DNA of 63,957 nucleotides, filler included, from Reclinomonas americana ATCC 50394 (Eukaryota): NCBI GenBank assembly GCA_048213135.1. It is 6 parts of 3 records of this genome, joined end to end, with 100 filler letters (N's around TTAATTAATTAA, not from the genome) between each part and the next. Parts side by side here need not be neighbours in the genome. Positions count along the whole stretch, not along the records: positions 32,411 to 46,857 come from PS015072.1; positions 46,958 to 61,294 come from PS015072.1; 4 more parts are not named here. One strand, 5' to 3'. Shown piece by piece: positions 40,614 to 51,625 of this stretch (position 1 is its first letter; each line of letters starts with the position of its first letter). The notes under the pieces were generated by a model. It saw only the letters and a program-made list of their open reading frames with translations, ran no database searches and was not told where the DNA came from. The position numbers and the translations under genes were made by a program.

Positions 40614-42971
40614 TGACGCTATGGAGAGACTGTGACATGAAATGAGAAAGATAGTACGAGGGGACAGTGTGCGTGAGAGAGAGTGACTGCTACACGGAGA
40701 GACAGTGACTCCATGAAGAGACCATGTCATGCTGGGAGACGGCGGCACAACGAGTGAGCCAACCACTCGGTGGAAGAGACTGTGACATGAAAAAAGAAAG
40801 ACAAAAGATTGAACGAGGAGAGCGAGAGAGAGAGAGAGCGAGAGAGAGAGACCACGTGCACGACATCATGGGAGACTTGGTGGGAGGGATTGTGGCGTGG
40901 AGAACGAATGACAGAATGAGGAGAGAGAAACGGCAATATGAAGGCTAGCAGTGACACGGAAGAAGAGACAGGACGAGGAGCGCGAGGCAGCAACACGAAG
41001 ACAGAGATAGTGACGCGGAGACAGTTACACGGATGGAACAGAGACAGAGGGGAAGACGGCGACGTGATGGGAGTGACAGTGACACGTAGAGAGTGAGAGA
41101 GACAATAACATGAAAAAAGACAGGGAGAGAAACATTGACACGGATTAGTTCTGTGCGAAACCGGTCTCCCCCGAGTCGTGTTGGGCTCACGTTCGTCGCA
41201 TACAGGCAACGTTCCGCCGAGCAGCATCACGGTGCCGTCGTTGACCTACAATCCTGCGGCCGCCTACCCAATCGCTGTGGGTCCGATGAGTGCAACAGAT
41301 CTGAATGCGTCCGACACGTTCACATACAGTGTGGTGGGAGGGGCGAATGCGGCCAGCTTCAGCATCTCGGGATCGCAGTTGTCGATTGCGTCGAATGCAG
41401 TGGTATTGGGGTGGATGGAAGTGCAAGTGCAAGCAACCGACAACGGGTCGCCTGCGCAGTCGTTCACGCAGTTCCTGACCTTCCGTGATGGTACGCGATC
41501 AAGAGAATATGTGTGTCTTTCCTCCTCCTTTATAGTTCCTCTCATGCGTGCATTCTGTAGTCAACTTGTGCAGTTGTGCGACGCGTCAAGTTGGCGTCGC
41601 TGCTGGTGAGCAAATAGTCGTTCAGTCTTCTCGATATCAGCGTAATGACGCTGATCGTGCCAACATTGCGATACAGCGCCGCTGCAAGTGTGCACATTTG
41701 AGGCGGTGGATCGCCCCAACGGTACCGTGTTTGCTGTGGCTTCAGTCGTCAATCATGTGGCATGTTGTTCGATGTGCGACCAATACGCTGCTTGTCGAGC
41801 GTGGAGGTTCCTGGCGGCCACTGCGGCGTCGAATACACTGGGAGTGTCGCAGTGTACAATGCTGGTGAGGCGAAGGGAGTGAAGGAGAAGGAGAGAGGGA
41901 GGGGGAAGGGAGAGAGGGGTGAGAGAGGGAGGGAGGGAGAGATCCAGAAGGAGGGAGAGAGGAAGGGAGGAAGGAAGGAGGGAGGGCGAGAGAGGGAGAC
42001 AGAGACAGACATGGAGAGGAAGAAAGTCATGCTTGGCAACAGAGAGAAAAATGAGAGAAGAGGGAGACAGAGACAGACATGGAGAGGAAAAAAGTCATGC
42101 TTGGCGACAGAGGAGAAAAATGAGAGAAGGGGAAGACAGACTCAGCAAAGTGACAGGCAGGCACGAGATTGGGAGGGAGAGAGGGTGGCATAGACAGAAG
42201 AGAGGGTTTGAAAGGAAGGAGGCAGGCAGGCAGACGATAGTGAGAGAGAAAGAGAGAGAGAGAGAGAGAGGAGAAGGAGACATTGCAGCGAGAAAGGAGT
42301 TTGTTAGGATGACGCAGACAGACAGAGAAAGAAGAGAGGGGTCGAATGGAGGGAAAGAGATACACAAAGACAGTGAGGCTGACTGAGAGAAAGAGAAAGA
42401 TGGAGAGAATGGTGTTGGGCAGCGACAGTGAGGGAGCATGAGACATGCATATCTGCACTGAGTGTCTTTGGACAGAGGAAGGCGATGCTTCCTTGCATGC
42501 AGCATCTTTGTGGAGCATGGGCGCGAACGCATCACTTTCTCACCTCTCTCTATGTGTGCACAGACCAACGTGCCTGCCTCCGCCGCCAATGCCGAGACTT
42601 CGAATATCTGCGGTTCGACCTTCTGCTTGACGACCGGCAAGAAGACGCTGACTGCTGCGTACGACAGCTCAACGTTCTCAACGTCGACCAGTTGCGCTGG
42701 AATCGTGGCATACTGCTGTCCTCCCTTTCGCCACTCTCGTTGACGATGATCTGTGGCAGATTACCCTGGCAGCGACCTGCCGAATCTGGCGACTGTGATG
42801 AGCGGACCGCAAGCGTGCGCAGCATTCTGCTCAAGCATTTCCACGTGCGCTGCGTGGACCTTCATGACCTCCACGTCCACGTGCTACCCGAAGGCGACGC
42901 CCGTTCCTGCGGCCGACATGGCGGGTGCATGCGCGACGTCCGGTGATTGCACGTCGGGGCTGAAAGTGTGA
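37133..42971 (+). CDS. Secreted multidomain protein: signal peptide, FN3-like segment, NHL repeats, cadherin-like, IPT/Ig-like, cadherin-like, two PAN/Apple domains
   Basis: Signal peptide MRGRGSLLVLLVFAVALNACTLCA (37133-37205). TVTTSAATSVFATAATLQGSVNAN. NHL repeats (ANYNSPFGMCLD..GDLFVAN, ARFNAPLGVVVD, AKFTGPQQMALN). Cadherin-like VNNAPT...TTDPNANQTSFTYAITGG...TDNGVP (39253-39540). Apple domains in the last exons. Confidence 0.85.
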
Positions 42972-43249
42972 TGACAACGGGGAAAGCGGAGAGTTGAATG
43001 GAGTTGTAGAGATATTTGGCACTTGCTTTCGGTGAAGAGAGGGCACTCTGTGGCGAGTAGCTGTGTTCAGGAAGGAGATGTTGCTCTCTGAGAATGAGAT
43101 ACGAGAGTGAAAGGGTGATTGCGTTTTATCGTTAGAGAACAGTGCAGCAAATGGGTAGGCGACAAGAGAAGGAACCACGCTCGAATCACTTGTGTTCAAT
43201 TCTCGTGACTTGCAACTCGCGCCTCGACGTTCTTGCAATTGCTCCAAGG

Positions 43250-43825
43250 CCAGCGACCTCGGTGCCTTTCAGCACCGTGTTAGATCGTTGCAGCTGAGTG
43301 GCTTGACTGCACGTTAGCAAGAAGATGCATGTAGAGAAGGCCAAGGACTTTGCAATTGAGTCTTCGATCCGACGATGACGTTCCTCCTGCTCCCAACGAC
43401 ATCAATGCCTTTCAGCACTATGTTATATCGCTGCAGCTGAGTGGCTTACATGCACAGAGAAAAGAAGGTGCATGCAGAGAAGGTGCACGGATCTTGAGCT
43501 TGCAACTGCGTCTTCGCGATCGATCGACGTCGACGTTTTTCCTGCTCCCAGCGACATCAATGCCTTTCAGCACTGTGTTATATCACTGCAGCTGAGTGGC
43601 TTACACGCACAGAGGCAAGAAGATGCATGCAGAGAAGGTGCACGGATCTTGCAATTGAGTCTTCGATCCGATGTCGACGTTCGAATTCTTTAGCGCTTGC
43701 TTCCTGCTCCCAACGACATAAATGCCTTTGAGTACTGTTTTATATCATCGAGTACTGTGTTATATCATTGCAGCTGAGTGGCTTTCATGCACAGAGGCAA
43801 GAAGGTGCATGCAGAGAAGGACTTT
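43250..43825. repeat. Four-copy degenerate tandem repeat (about 140-180-bp period) immediately upstream of prpB
   Basis: tgcagctgagtggctt...gcacagag..aagaag.tgcatgcagagaagg recurs near 43290, 43432, 43588 and 43770. Confidence 0.85.
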
Positions 43826-43865
43826 CGTGTCCTCGTGACGGCTTGTTCTTTTCGTTTTGTCAAAC

Positions 43866-44298
43866 ATGAGCACTCCCGGAGCGCGTTTTCGCGATGCGAT
43901 TCAGCGTTTGCGTCCGTTGCAGGTGGTGGGCGCAGTGAATGCGTACACTGCGATGCTGGCGGAGAAGACGGGTGAGAGAGAGAGAGAGAGGAGAGAGAGG
44001 AAGGGAAATAGACGGGAAATGAGAGAAGAGAGGGAGAGCGCGCGGCTTGTGTGTACATGATCGCGTGTGTGTTTGTGTGAGAGAGAAAGAGTGCATGCTC
44101 TCTGACACTGTCATTCTGAGAGTGACGAGGTGGACACTGCATTCTCTCTCTCTCTCTCTCTTTCCCCACCCTTTCTCTCTCTCTCTCCCTCTCTCTCTCT
44201 GTGTTTGTGTGCATGAGTGTTGACTGCTTTGCATTCCTGTCTTTCTCTCATGCAAATGTTCATTGGCATCACAGAGAGAGAGACAGACAGTGACGCAC

Positions 44299-44337
<39 letters not shown>

Positions 44338-46240
44338 TGTGACTGTGTTCCATTCTGTTTCCTCCACTTGCAATCGCTCACTTGCATGTCTCTCACACGC
44401 AGAGACATGCACACTGCTCTCTCTCCTTGACACTGTTCTTCTTCCTTTCACATTGCATCACTTGTCTGATGTAATTCGCTCTTATTTCCCCTCATTGTTT
44501 TTTGATAGGTTTTGAGGCGGTTTATGTGAGCGGATCGGGAGTGGCGACGGCGAGCTTTGGGATGCCGGACTTGGGGATTACGACCATGTCGGATGTGGCG
44601 GAGGATGTGAGGCGTATTACGAGGTGAGAGTGTGGGGGAGAGAAGAAGAAGAGGGAGCTGAGGGGAAAAGGAGAGTGAGGGGGAAGGAGGAGGAGGGGGA
44701 GGAAGATGGATCGTGCTCTCTGAGTCGCTCCCCTGGTCACGGCCTCGCTCTCTAGACTGCATCTTGTCGCTCCCCTGTGTCGCTTATTTTGCAGTTCCCA
44801 GTGTCGCCCTCTGTGTCGCTCTCTGAGTTGTCTCTGTGTTGTTGCTTGTGTTGTTGCTTGGGTTGCTCCTTGTGTTGCTCCTTGTGTCGCTCGTTTTGTC
44901 GCTCCCTTTGTCGCTCCTGGTTTCGTTCTTGTGTTGCTGCTTTGTCGCTCCCTGTGTCGCTCGCTGTGTCGCTCTCTGTGTCGCCCTCGTGTCGCTTCCT
45001 GTATCGGTGTGCCGCTCCCGTGTCGCTCCCTGTGCCGCTCTCTGTCGCCCTTTGTGTTGCTCCCTGAGTCGCTCCGTTATTGTCGCTCCTTGTATCACTC
45101 TCTGCGTCGCTCGCTGTGTCACTCCTTGTGTCGCTCCCTTACGCGCTCTCTGTGTCGTTCTCGGTGTCGCTCCCTTTGTCGCTCTCTCTGTCGATCCCTG
45201 TGTCGTTCTCTGTGTCGCTCCCTTTGTCGCTCCCTGTGTCCCTTCTTGTGTCGCCCTCTGTGTCGCTCTCTGTGTCGTCTTCTGTGTTGTTGCTTGTGTC
45301 GCTCCTTTTGTTGCTCACTTTGTCGCTCCCTTTGTCGTTCTCTGTGTCGCTCCCTGAGTCGCTCTTTGTATCGCCCTTTGTGTCGCTCTCTGTGTCGCTC
45401 CCTGTGCCATCCTCTGTGTCGCCCTCTGCGCCACCCTTCCCTTGCATTTCCCCTTCCCCCTCTCTTTCCCTCTTCTCCCCCCTCATCCCTCCCCCTTCCA
45501 GCGCCATCTCCGTCCCGGTCCTGGTCGACATTGACACGGGCTTCGGCTCCGCCTTCAACATCGCCCGCACCATTCGCGAGCTGGAGCGCGCCGGCGCCGC
45601 CGCCGTGCACATCGAGGACCAGGTGCAGGCGAAGCGCTGCGGCCACCGCCCGAACAAGGCCATTGTGAGCGTGGAGGAGATGGCGGATCGTGTGCGTGTG
45701 GCCGCCGAGGCGCGCCGCACCGACATGATCATCATGGCGCGCACCGATGCCTACGCCGCCGAGGGCGTGGAGGGCAGCATTGCGCGTGCGCGTGCGTACA
45801 TGGAGGCGGGCGCGGAGATGATTTTCGCCGAGGCCATGCACGACTTGTCGGAGTACCGCCGCTTTGCCGACGCTCTCGGCCCCGATGTGCCGCTGCTGGC
45901 CAACATGACTGAGTTTGGCAAGACGCCGCTGTTTACGCGCGAGGAGTTGGCCGACGCCGGCGTCTCCATCATTCTGTACCCGCTCAGTGCGCATCGCGCG
46001 CAGGCCGCCGCCGCTGTCGCCGTGTATGAGGCGATCAAGCGCGACGGGCACCAGCGCAACGTGCTCGAGCTGATGCAGACGCGTGAGCAGCTGTATCACT
46101 ACCTCGACTATTACCGGTACGAGGAGCAGCTGGATGTGCTGAATCGCAAGGCGGCGGGGGAGGGGGGCAAGTCGGTTGGTGGGGTGGCGGCGGCGGCGGC
46201 TGCGGGGGTGGAGGGGGAGGATGAGGAGCAGGATAAGTGA
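43866..46240 (+). CDS. prpB: 2-methylisocitrate lyase, bacterial PrpB type, 3 exons
   Basis: Exons 43866-43971, 44509-44623 and 45502-46240. Motifs PLQVVGAVNAY, VYVSGSG..ASFGMPDLG, LVDIDTGFG, HIEDQVQAKRCGHRPNK, IMARTDA, LANMTEFGKTP and MQTREQLY. Confidence 0.96.
44765..45425. repeat. 12-bp minisatellite (TGTCGCTCYCTG-like) in prpB intron 2
   Basis: Dozens of degenerate gtgtcgctccct units; these generate spurious ORFs on both strands. Confidence 0.9.
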
Positions 46241-46570
46241 AGAGTGGAGGTCGTTCACTATGGATGCCTATCTCTCTTTTCAGTGTCGCGGGTGAGTGGC
46301 CAGCTTTGCATTATTGCTGGCGATGCTATGTCGAATGCATCGCAAAAGTGTACCACCGTGCAAGCGACTCTCAAAGGTGTTGCTGATCCACGTCACCGGC
46401 ATTCAAACCGGTTTGTTTGTGGAGACCTTAACCTCGGCGCTTTTGCTGATCGGCTTGGGTTGTTATCGCCTCCATTCACGTATTGCAGATCATGAGTATC
46501 TACACTGCCGGTGACTCTCGTCGACTTGGAACGTCAGCGTTGAACAGCATCAAGATAAGCATTCTTGATT

Positions 46571-49500
46571 TCACTTTCTCACAGCGTTGGTGAAATCAGG
46601 CAAGACTGAGCCACAAATACGTTCAAGTAGATTTCCCTGCCTATGTTCACGCAGCACGTGGATTGCATTGTCCGATGCTTGAATGATGAGATCGCCGATG
46701 ACGGCGTGGCCGCGATAGTCGCGGGCAAGGTCGGCCAACGTGCCACGCCGCACCTCCTCGCCACTTGCCACCGACCATACCCGTACAGTCTTGTCTCCAC
46801 TGCCACTCACAATGTGCTGACCATCGGGTGTCACTGCCACTGCATCCACCCAACTCGNNNNNNNNNNNNNNNNNNNNNNNNNNNNNNNNNNNNNNNNNNN
46901 NTTAATTAATTAANNNNNNNNNNNNNNNNNNNNNNNNNNNNNNNNNNNNNNNNNNNNTGGCCATCGGGTGTCACTGCCACTGCATGTACCCAACCCGTGT
47001 GGCCTTCCAGTCGGCGCACCTCCTCGCCACTTGCCACCGACCACACCCGTACAGTCTTGTCCTCACTGCCACTCACAATGTGCCAGCCATCGGGTGTCAC
47101 TGCCACTGCATCCACCCAACCCGTATGGCCTTCCAGTCGGCGCACCTCCTCGCCACTTGCCTCCGACCACATCCGTACAGTCCTGTCACAACTGCCACTC
47201 ACAATATGCTGCCCATCTGGAGTGATTGCGACAGCTCTTACACAACAAGTATGGCCCACCATCGGCTGCCTCGGCCACTTCACGTCCGTCACATCCGCCC
47301 CTCTGAAATCCGCCTCCCTTGCATACGCAGAGCACACATTCACCCCTCGCAAATCCGCACCCCTCCACACCGTCCTGTGCATCACCGCATCCCTCAAATC
47401 CGCACCCCTCACTCGCACACCCGACAAATCTCGCCCGCTGAACGACACTTGCGCCACACACAACACCGTCGCCGCATTCGCTGATGCCGTCACCACTCGC
47501 TCCCCATCCACCTCCCGTGACAGCTCAATCACCTCCCACAGTCTCTCTTGCAGTTGAGGAGACCGTCTCACTACCTCGGCCATCTGCTCCACCAACGATG
47601 GTCTGTCGTTCAGTAGTCGCACTGCCAGCACATGCTGCTGCACATCTTGCATCGTCATTTTCCTCTCCTCGTCCCACGTCTCCCACGCAAAAACATGCCT
47701 TGCCACACAGTGCTCCAGCAACGACAGGTGCACGAATCCCCACTGATCTGTCCCATACCGTCGCACAATCGGACAGCACACTCGCACATGCTGGTTCTTG
47801 TGACCGAGGAACTTGTAAAATGGTCCCTCATCCACTCGTCGCAAGGCGAGTGGCGCACCACCAAAGTCATCCTCCTCACCATCACCTGGCCGACTCTCTA
47901 TCGCAGACACGCGCACCGCGTTCCTCTCGTGCATCAATCGTGCCAGTCCCTCGCAGTACGAGAGACACGTCTCCTCACTCTGCACACGCTCCGCACCAAG
48001 ACGCGTCTGCCTCTCCTGCTCCCTCGCAATCCACTGTCGAATGAATCGGTCAAACACACCGCACCGAGTTGGCCTTTGCACGCCACTCGTCACCAACTGC
48101 GGCAACACACGTGCCACCGCTGTCAGCAGGAATGGATTCGAAACCAGTGCATCCAATCCATGCACACTCTTCAGTGCACGAATGTACTCATCGGCAGTCG
48201 ACCATCGCACTTCACCGTCATTATCATCATCATCACCATCCATTTGCACCAGTCGCCCAAAATACTCCTCAATCTGGTCCTTATTGAACGGTGCAATGTG
48301 TCGCTCCATCAGCTGCTGCATGCACAACTGTCCTCGTGCATCCAGTGGGGCAAAGTACCGTCGATACTGCGTCACACCACCCAGTGCTGTCAATGCGTAA
48401 TCGCCACGACAGGTGATAATCACCTTCAAATCGCGACACACATCCAGCTGGTTCTTGACAAACAGATTCACACCACGATACAACTCATCGTACCCGTCAA
48501 GCAACAACAACAGTGGCTCCTCCTTCAATCGTCGCACATCCACCTCACTGAATCCCAACTCGGGAGACAGTCGCTCCAGTGCCTCCTCCAACAATCGCTC
48601 ATCCGCATTGGGCAGTGCACCAAGAGGCACTCGAATAGGCACACGTCGACTCTCTCTCATCTGCCACTGTTGCCAAGCACGCTCGGCCAGCACCGACATG
48701 GTGGTGGTCTTGCCGGCACCGCTGTTGCCAAAGAGCAACAGCACACGCTGGGTGGTGCTGTCGTCGGCGAGGAAGGCATCCACATCCGTCAATAGATCCG
48801 TCATTTTGTCACTCGATGAGACGTCACGATCACGTGAGCACAGCAGTGGCACATACATCTGCATGTCCTTGCGCACACTCTCGTCCAGCTGGTAGAACGA
48901 CAGCTCACGCACGGCCAGTCGATGCAGCCGCTCCTCGAATGTGCTGATGCTGAAGTCAAAGTGGCGTGCCTCACGAATCCGCGTCAAGAAACCGTCAATC
49001 GCGTCAGCAGAAAGGAGCAGCTTGCCAAGAAGGGAGAGGAACGTGCCGCCGTCACCAAGATACTCCTGCACTCGGACCTCTGACCAAGTCGACGATCCAT
49101 GGACCAACTCATTGCGCGTCTCACGTAGTCGCTCCACTGCCATGCGTTCATCAACATTGTCAATCAACAGCAGCTTGCGACCGTCATCGTGCACAAAGCC
49201 ACCAAACAGCAGGATTGACGTCAAGGCCGTCACGTCGAATGCGTCACACGGAGGATCGAGAACGGGGTCGGCATCGAATGCAACCTTCCAGTTGAGCAGG
49301 TGCTGCTGTTGTGGCTCAAATAACCTTACTCGACCCAGATGGAGTGGAGCATGTCGATCTCGCCATCTTGCGACACTTGCAGAGGGCATGCGAGGCGACC
49401 ACACATCGGGAGTCCACCCCCGCACATCAAAGTCGGGATGATCGCGACTGAGCTGCGCCAGTGCACGTTGACAGCGCAGACGAACGGCCTCCACCACCAC

Positions 49501-50222
49501 CTCAAAGGCCATATCAACGCGATAGAAGGCCATTCTGTGTGACGCACAATGTGAGCAGAATCAACAACAGCAACGTGTGGCACACAATCTGACAACAAAC
49601 CGCTCTGACAATGCCGATGCACTAAACACAATCCGGTGAGCACACACGCATATGGAACAGATGCTTCACACAACAATCACCTTGCAGCTCCACCCACAGC
49701 AGCAGTAGCAGCAGCAGGCGACATGCTCACACGCACCACCACCTGCGTACTCGCCTTGATACCCAGCGTTTTCAACTTCAACGCACTTGCATCCTCCAAA
49801 TCGAACTCCGCTGGCTTCTCCACTCCCACAATCTCCATCGCCGCATCCCCACTCTTCTCACGCAGCAAGCGCGTGGCCGCACGCAACAACTCCGCAAGAG
49901 TGGACACGGCCGACATGCCCTCGACAAACACGGCAAGCGATGAATCGTGAGAGGCAATCACGCGGACAGAGAACTGTGTCACACAGAAGAGAAGTGAGTG
50001 AGCGAGGAGGGAAGGAGGAGAGAGGGAGAGAGTGAGAGGGAGAGAGGGAGAGAGAGGGAGAGAGTGGGAGAGAGAAGAGAGGAAGAGAGGGAAGAGAGGA
50101 GAGTGAGATGGAGGGAGAGAGAGAGGGAGCGCGAGTGAGAGTGGGAGGGGGAGAGAATAAGAGTGAGTCAGTGAGTGAGTGTGCAAGTGAGCGGGAGCGA
50201 GAGAGAGAGGGATCTTGAGCAT

Positions 50223-50259
<37 letters not shown>

Positions 50260-50476
50260 TGATTGAGAGAGAGAGAGGAAAGAGAGAGCGAGCGAGATAG
50301 AGAGGGAGGGAGAGTGAGAGTGCGAGAGAGCGTGAGAGAGGGAGAGGGAGGGAGAGAGTGTGTGAGAGTGAGAGAGTGTGTGAAAGAGAGACTGTGTGCG
50401 ACAGAGTGGGAGAGAGTGTGTGTGAGAGCGAGAGAGAGACACACACACACAGAGACGGAGACACACACACGCACAC

Positions 50477-50519
<43 letters not shown>

Positions 50520-50629
50520 AGAGAGAAGAGAAGAGAAGAGAAAGAAAGAGAGTGTGTGTGCGAGTGAGAGAGTGTGTGTGTGTGAGAGAGAGGGATCTTG
50601 AGTACGAGAGAGAGAGAGAGAGAGTAGAT

Positions 50630-50663
<34 letters not shown>

Positions 50664-50688
50664 GTGTGTGAGCGCGCACTGTTGACAT
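46571..50688 (-). CDS. NLR-like STAND protein: ubiquitin-like, HEPN (DZIP3-like), NACHT, pentapeptide repeats, WD40 repeats
   Basis: Exons 50680-50688 (MST), 49681-49973 (Ubl-like, LKTLGIKASTQVVVR) and 46571-49534 (interrupted by an assembly gap at 46858-46956). FDVTAL...RETRNELVHG (Rx4H). Walker A GNSGAGKT, Walker B LLLLDGYDE, VIITCR, NPFLL, FVHLSLLEH. Pentapeptides FSGRDLSGVRVRGADLRDA. WD40 GHTGWVDAVAVTPDG.HIVSGSEDKTVRVW. Confidence 0.9.
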
Positions 50689-50743
50689 TTGCAAAGGACA
50701 AACAACCTTTCCCGCGCTTTCTACGTGACTGAGGTTTGCTTTG

Positions 50744-51296
50744 ATGGAGAGCGCACAGTTGCAACGTGCAGCGCAAGTGCGAGCGACCACTGCGCGCGGA
50801 AACCTGCTTGAGGAGGCAGAAGAAGCAGAAGAGGAAGTAGAGGAGGAAGAGGAGAATGAGAGTCGGCCTCTGAGTAAGAGGCGGACTGCAGTGGGTGAGG
50901 TGGCGACTGCTGTGACGACTGTGACGAGTAAGAGTGAGAGGATGAGGCCGCCTTCGTCGTCGAGAAGTTGCGCGGGAGCAAGGAGAAGAGTGTGTGCAAG
51001 TGTGTGTGTGTGAGAGAGAGAGGTGAGTGAGAAGTGAGGGAAGAGAGGGAGTCAAGGAGCGTAGGAGAGAGTGAGAGGTGATTGTGGAGAGGAAGCAGAA
51101 GAAGTAGATGAGGAAGTAGAGGAGAATGAGAGTCGGCCTCTTAGTAAGAGGCGGTCAGTGTCGGCGACTGCAGTGGGTGAGCAGAGTGAGGTGGCGACTG
51201 CTGTGACCACTGTGACTGTGACGAGTAAGAGTGAGAGGATGAGGCCGCCTTCGTCGTCGAGAAGTTGCGCGGGAGCAAGGAGAAGAGTGTGTGCAA

Positions 51297-51329
<33 letters not shown>

Positions 51330-51584
51330 CAGTGAGGGGAAGAGAGAGCAGAGAGGAGAGAGTGAGAGGTGATTGTGGAGAGGAAGCAGAAGAAGCAGAG
51401 GAGGAAGTAGAGGACGAGGAGGAGGAGAATGAGAGTCGGCCTCTGAGTAAGAGGCGGTCGGTGTCGACGAGTGCAGTGGGTGAGCAGAGTGAGGTGGCGA
51501 CTGCTGTGACTGTGACGAGTAAGAGTGAGAGGATGAGGCCGCCTACGTCGTCGAGAAGTTGCGCAACAGGAGAAGAGTGTGTGT

Positions 51585-51625
<41 letters not shown>

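Noticed and set aside
43250-43825. Repeat with variable segments, superficially CRISPR-like
   Set aside because: Units exceed 100 bp and are degenerate, the spacers are related to each other, there are no cas genes, and the context is eukaryotic.
44777-45500. Long Cys/Arg/Val- or ESDT-repeat ORFs on both strands
   Set aside because: Translations of a 12-bp intronic minisatellite in prpB.
47484-49441. Long + strand ORFs opposite the NACHT gene
   Set aside because: Antisense shadows of a GC-rich coding exon with no motifs.
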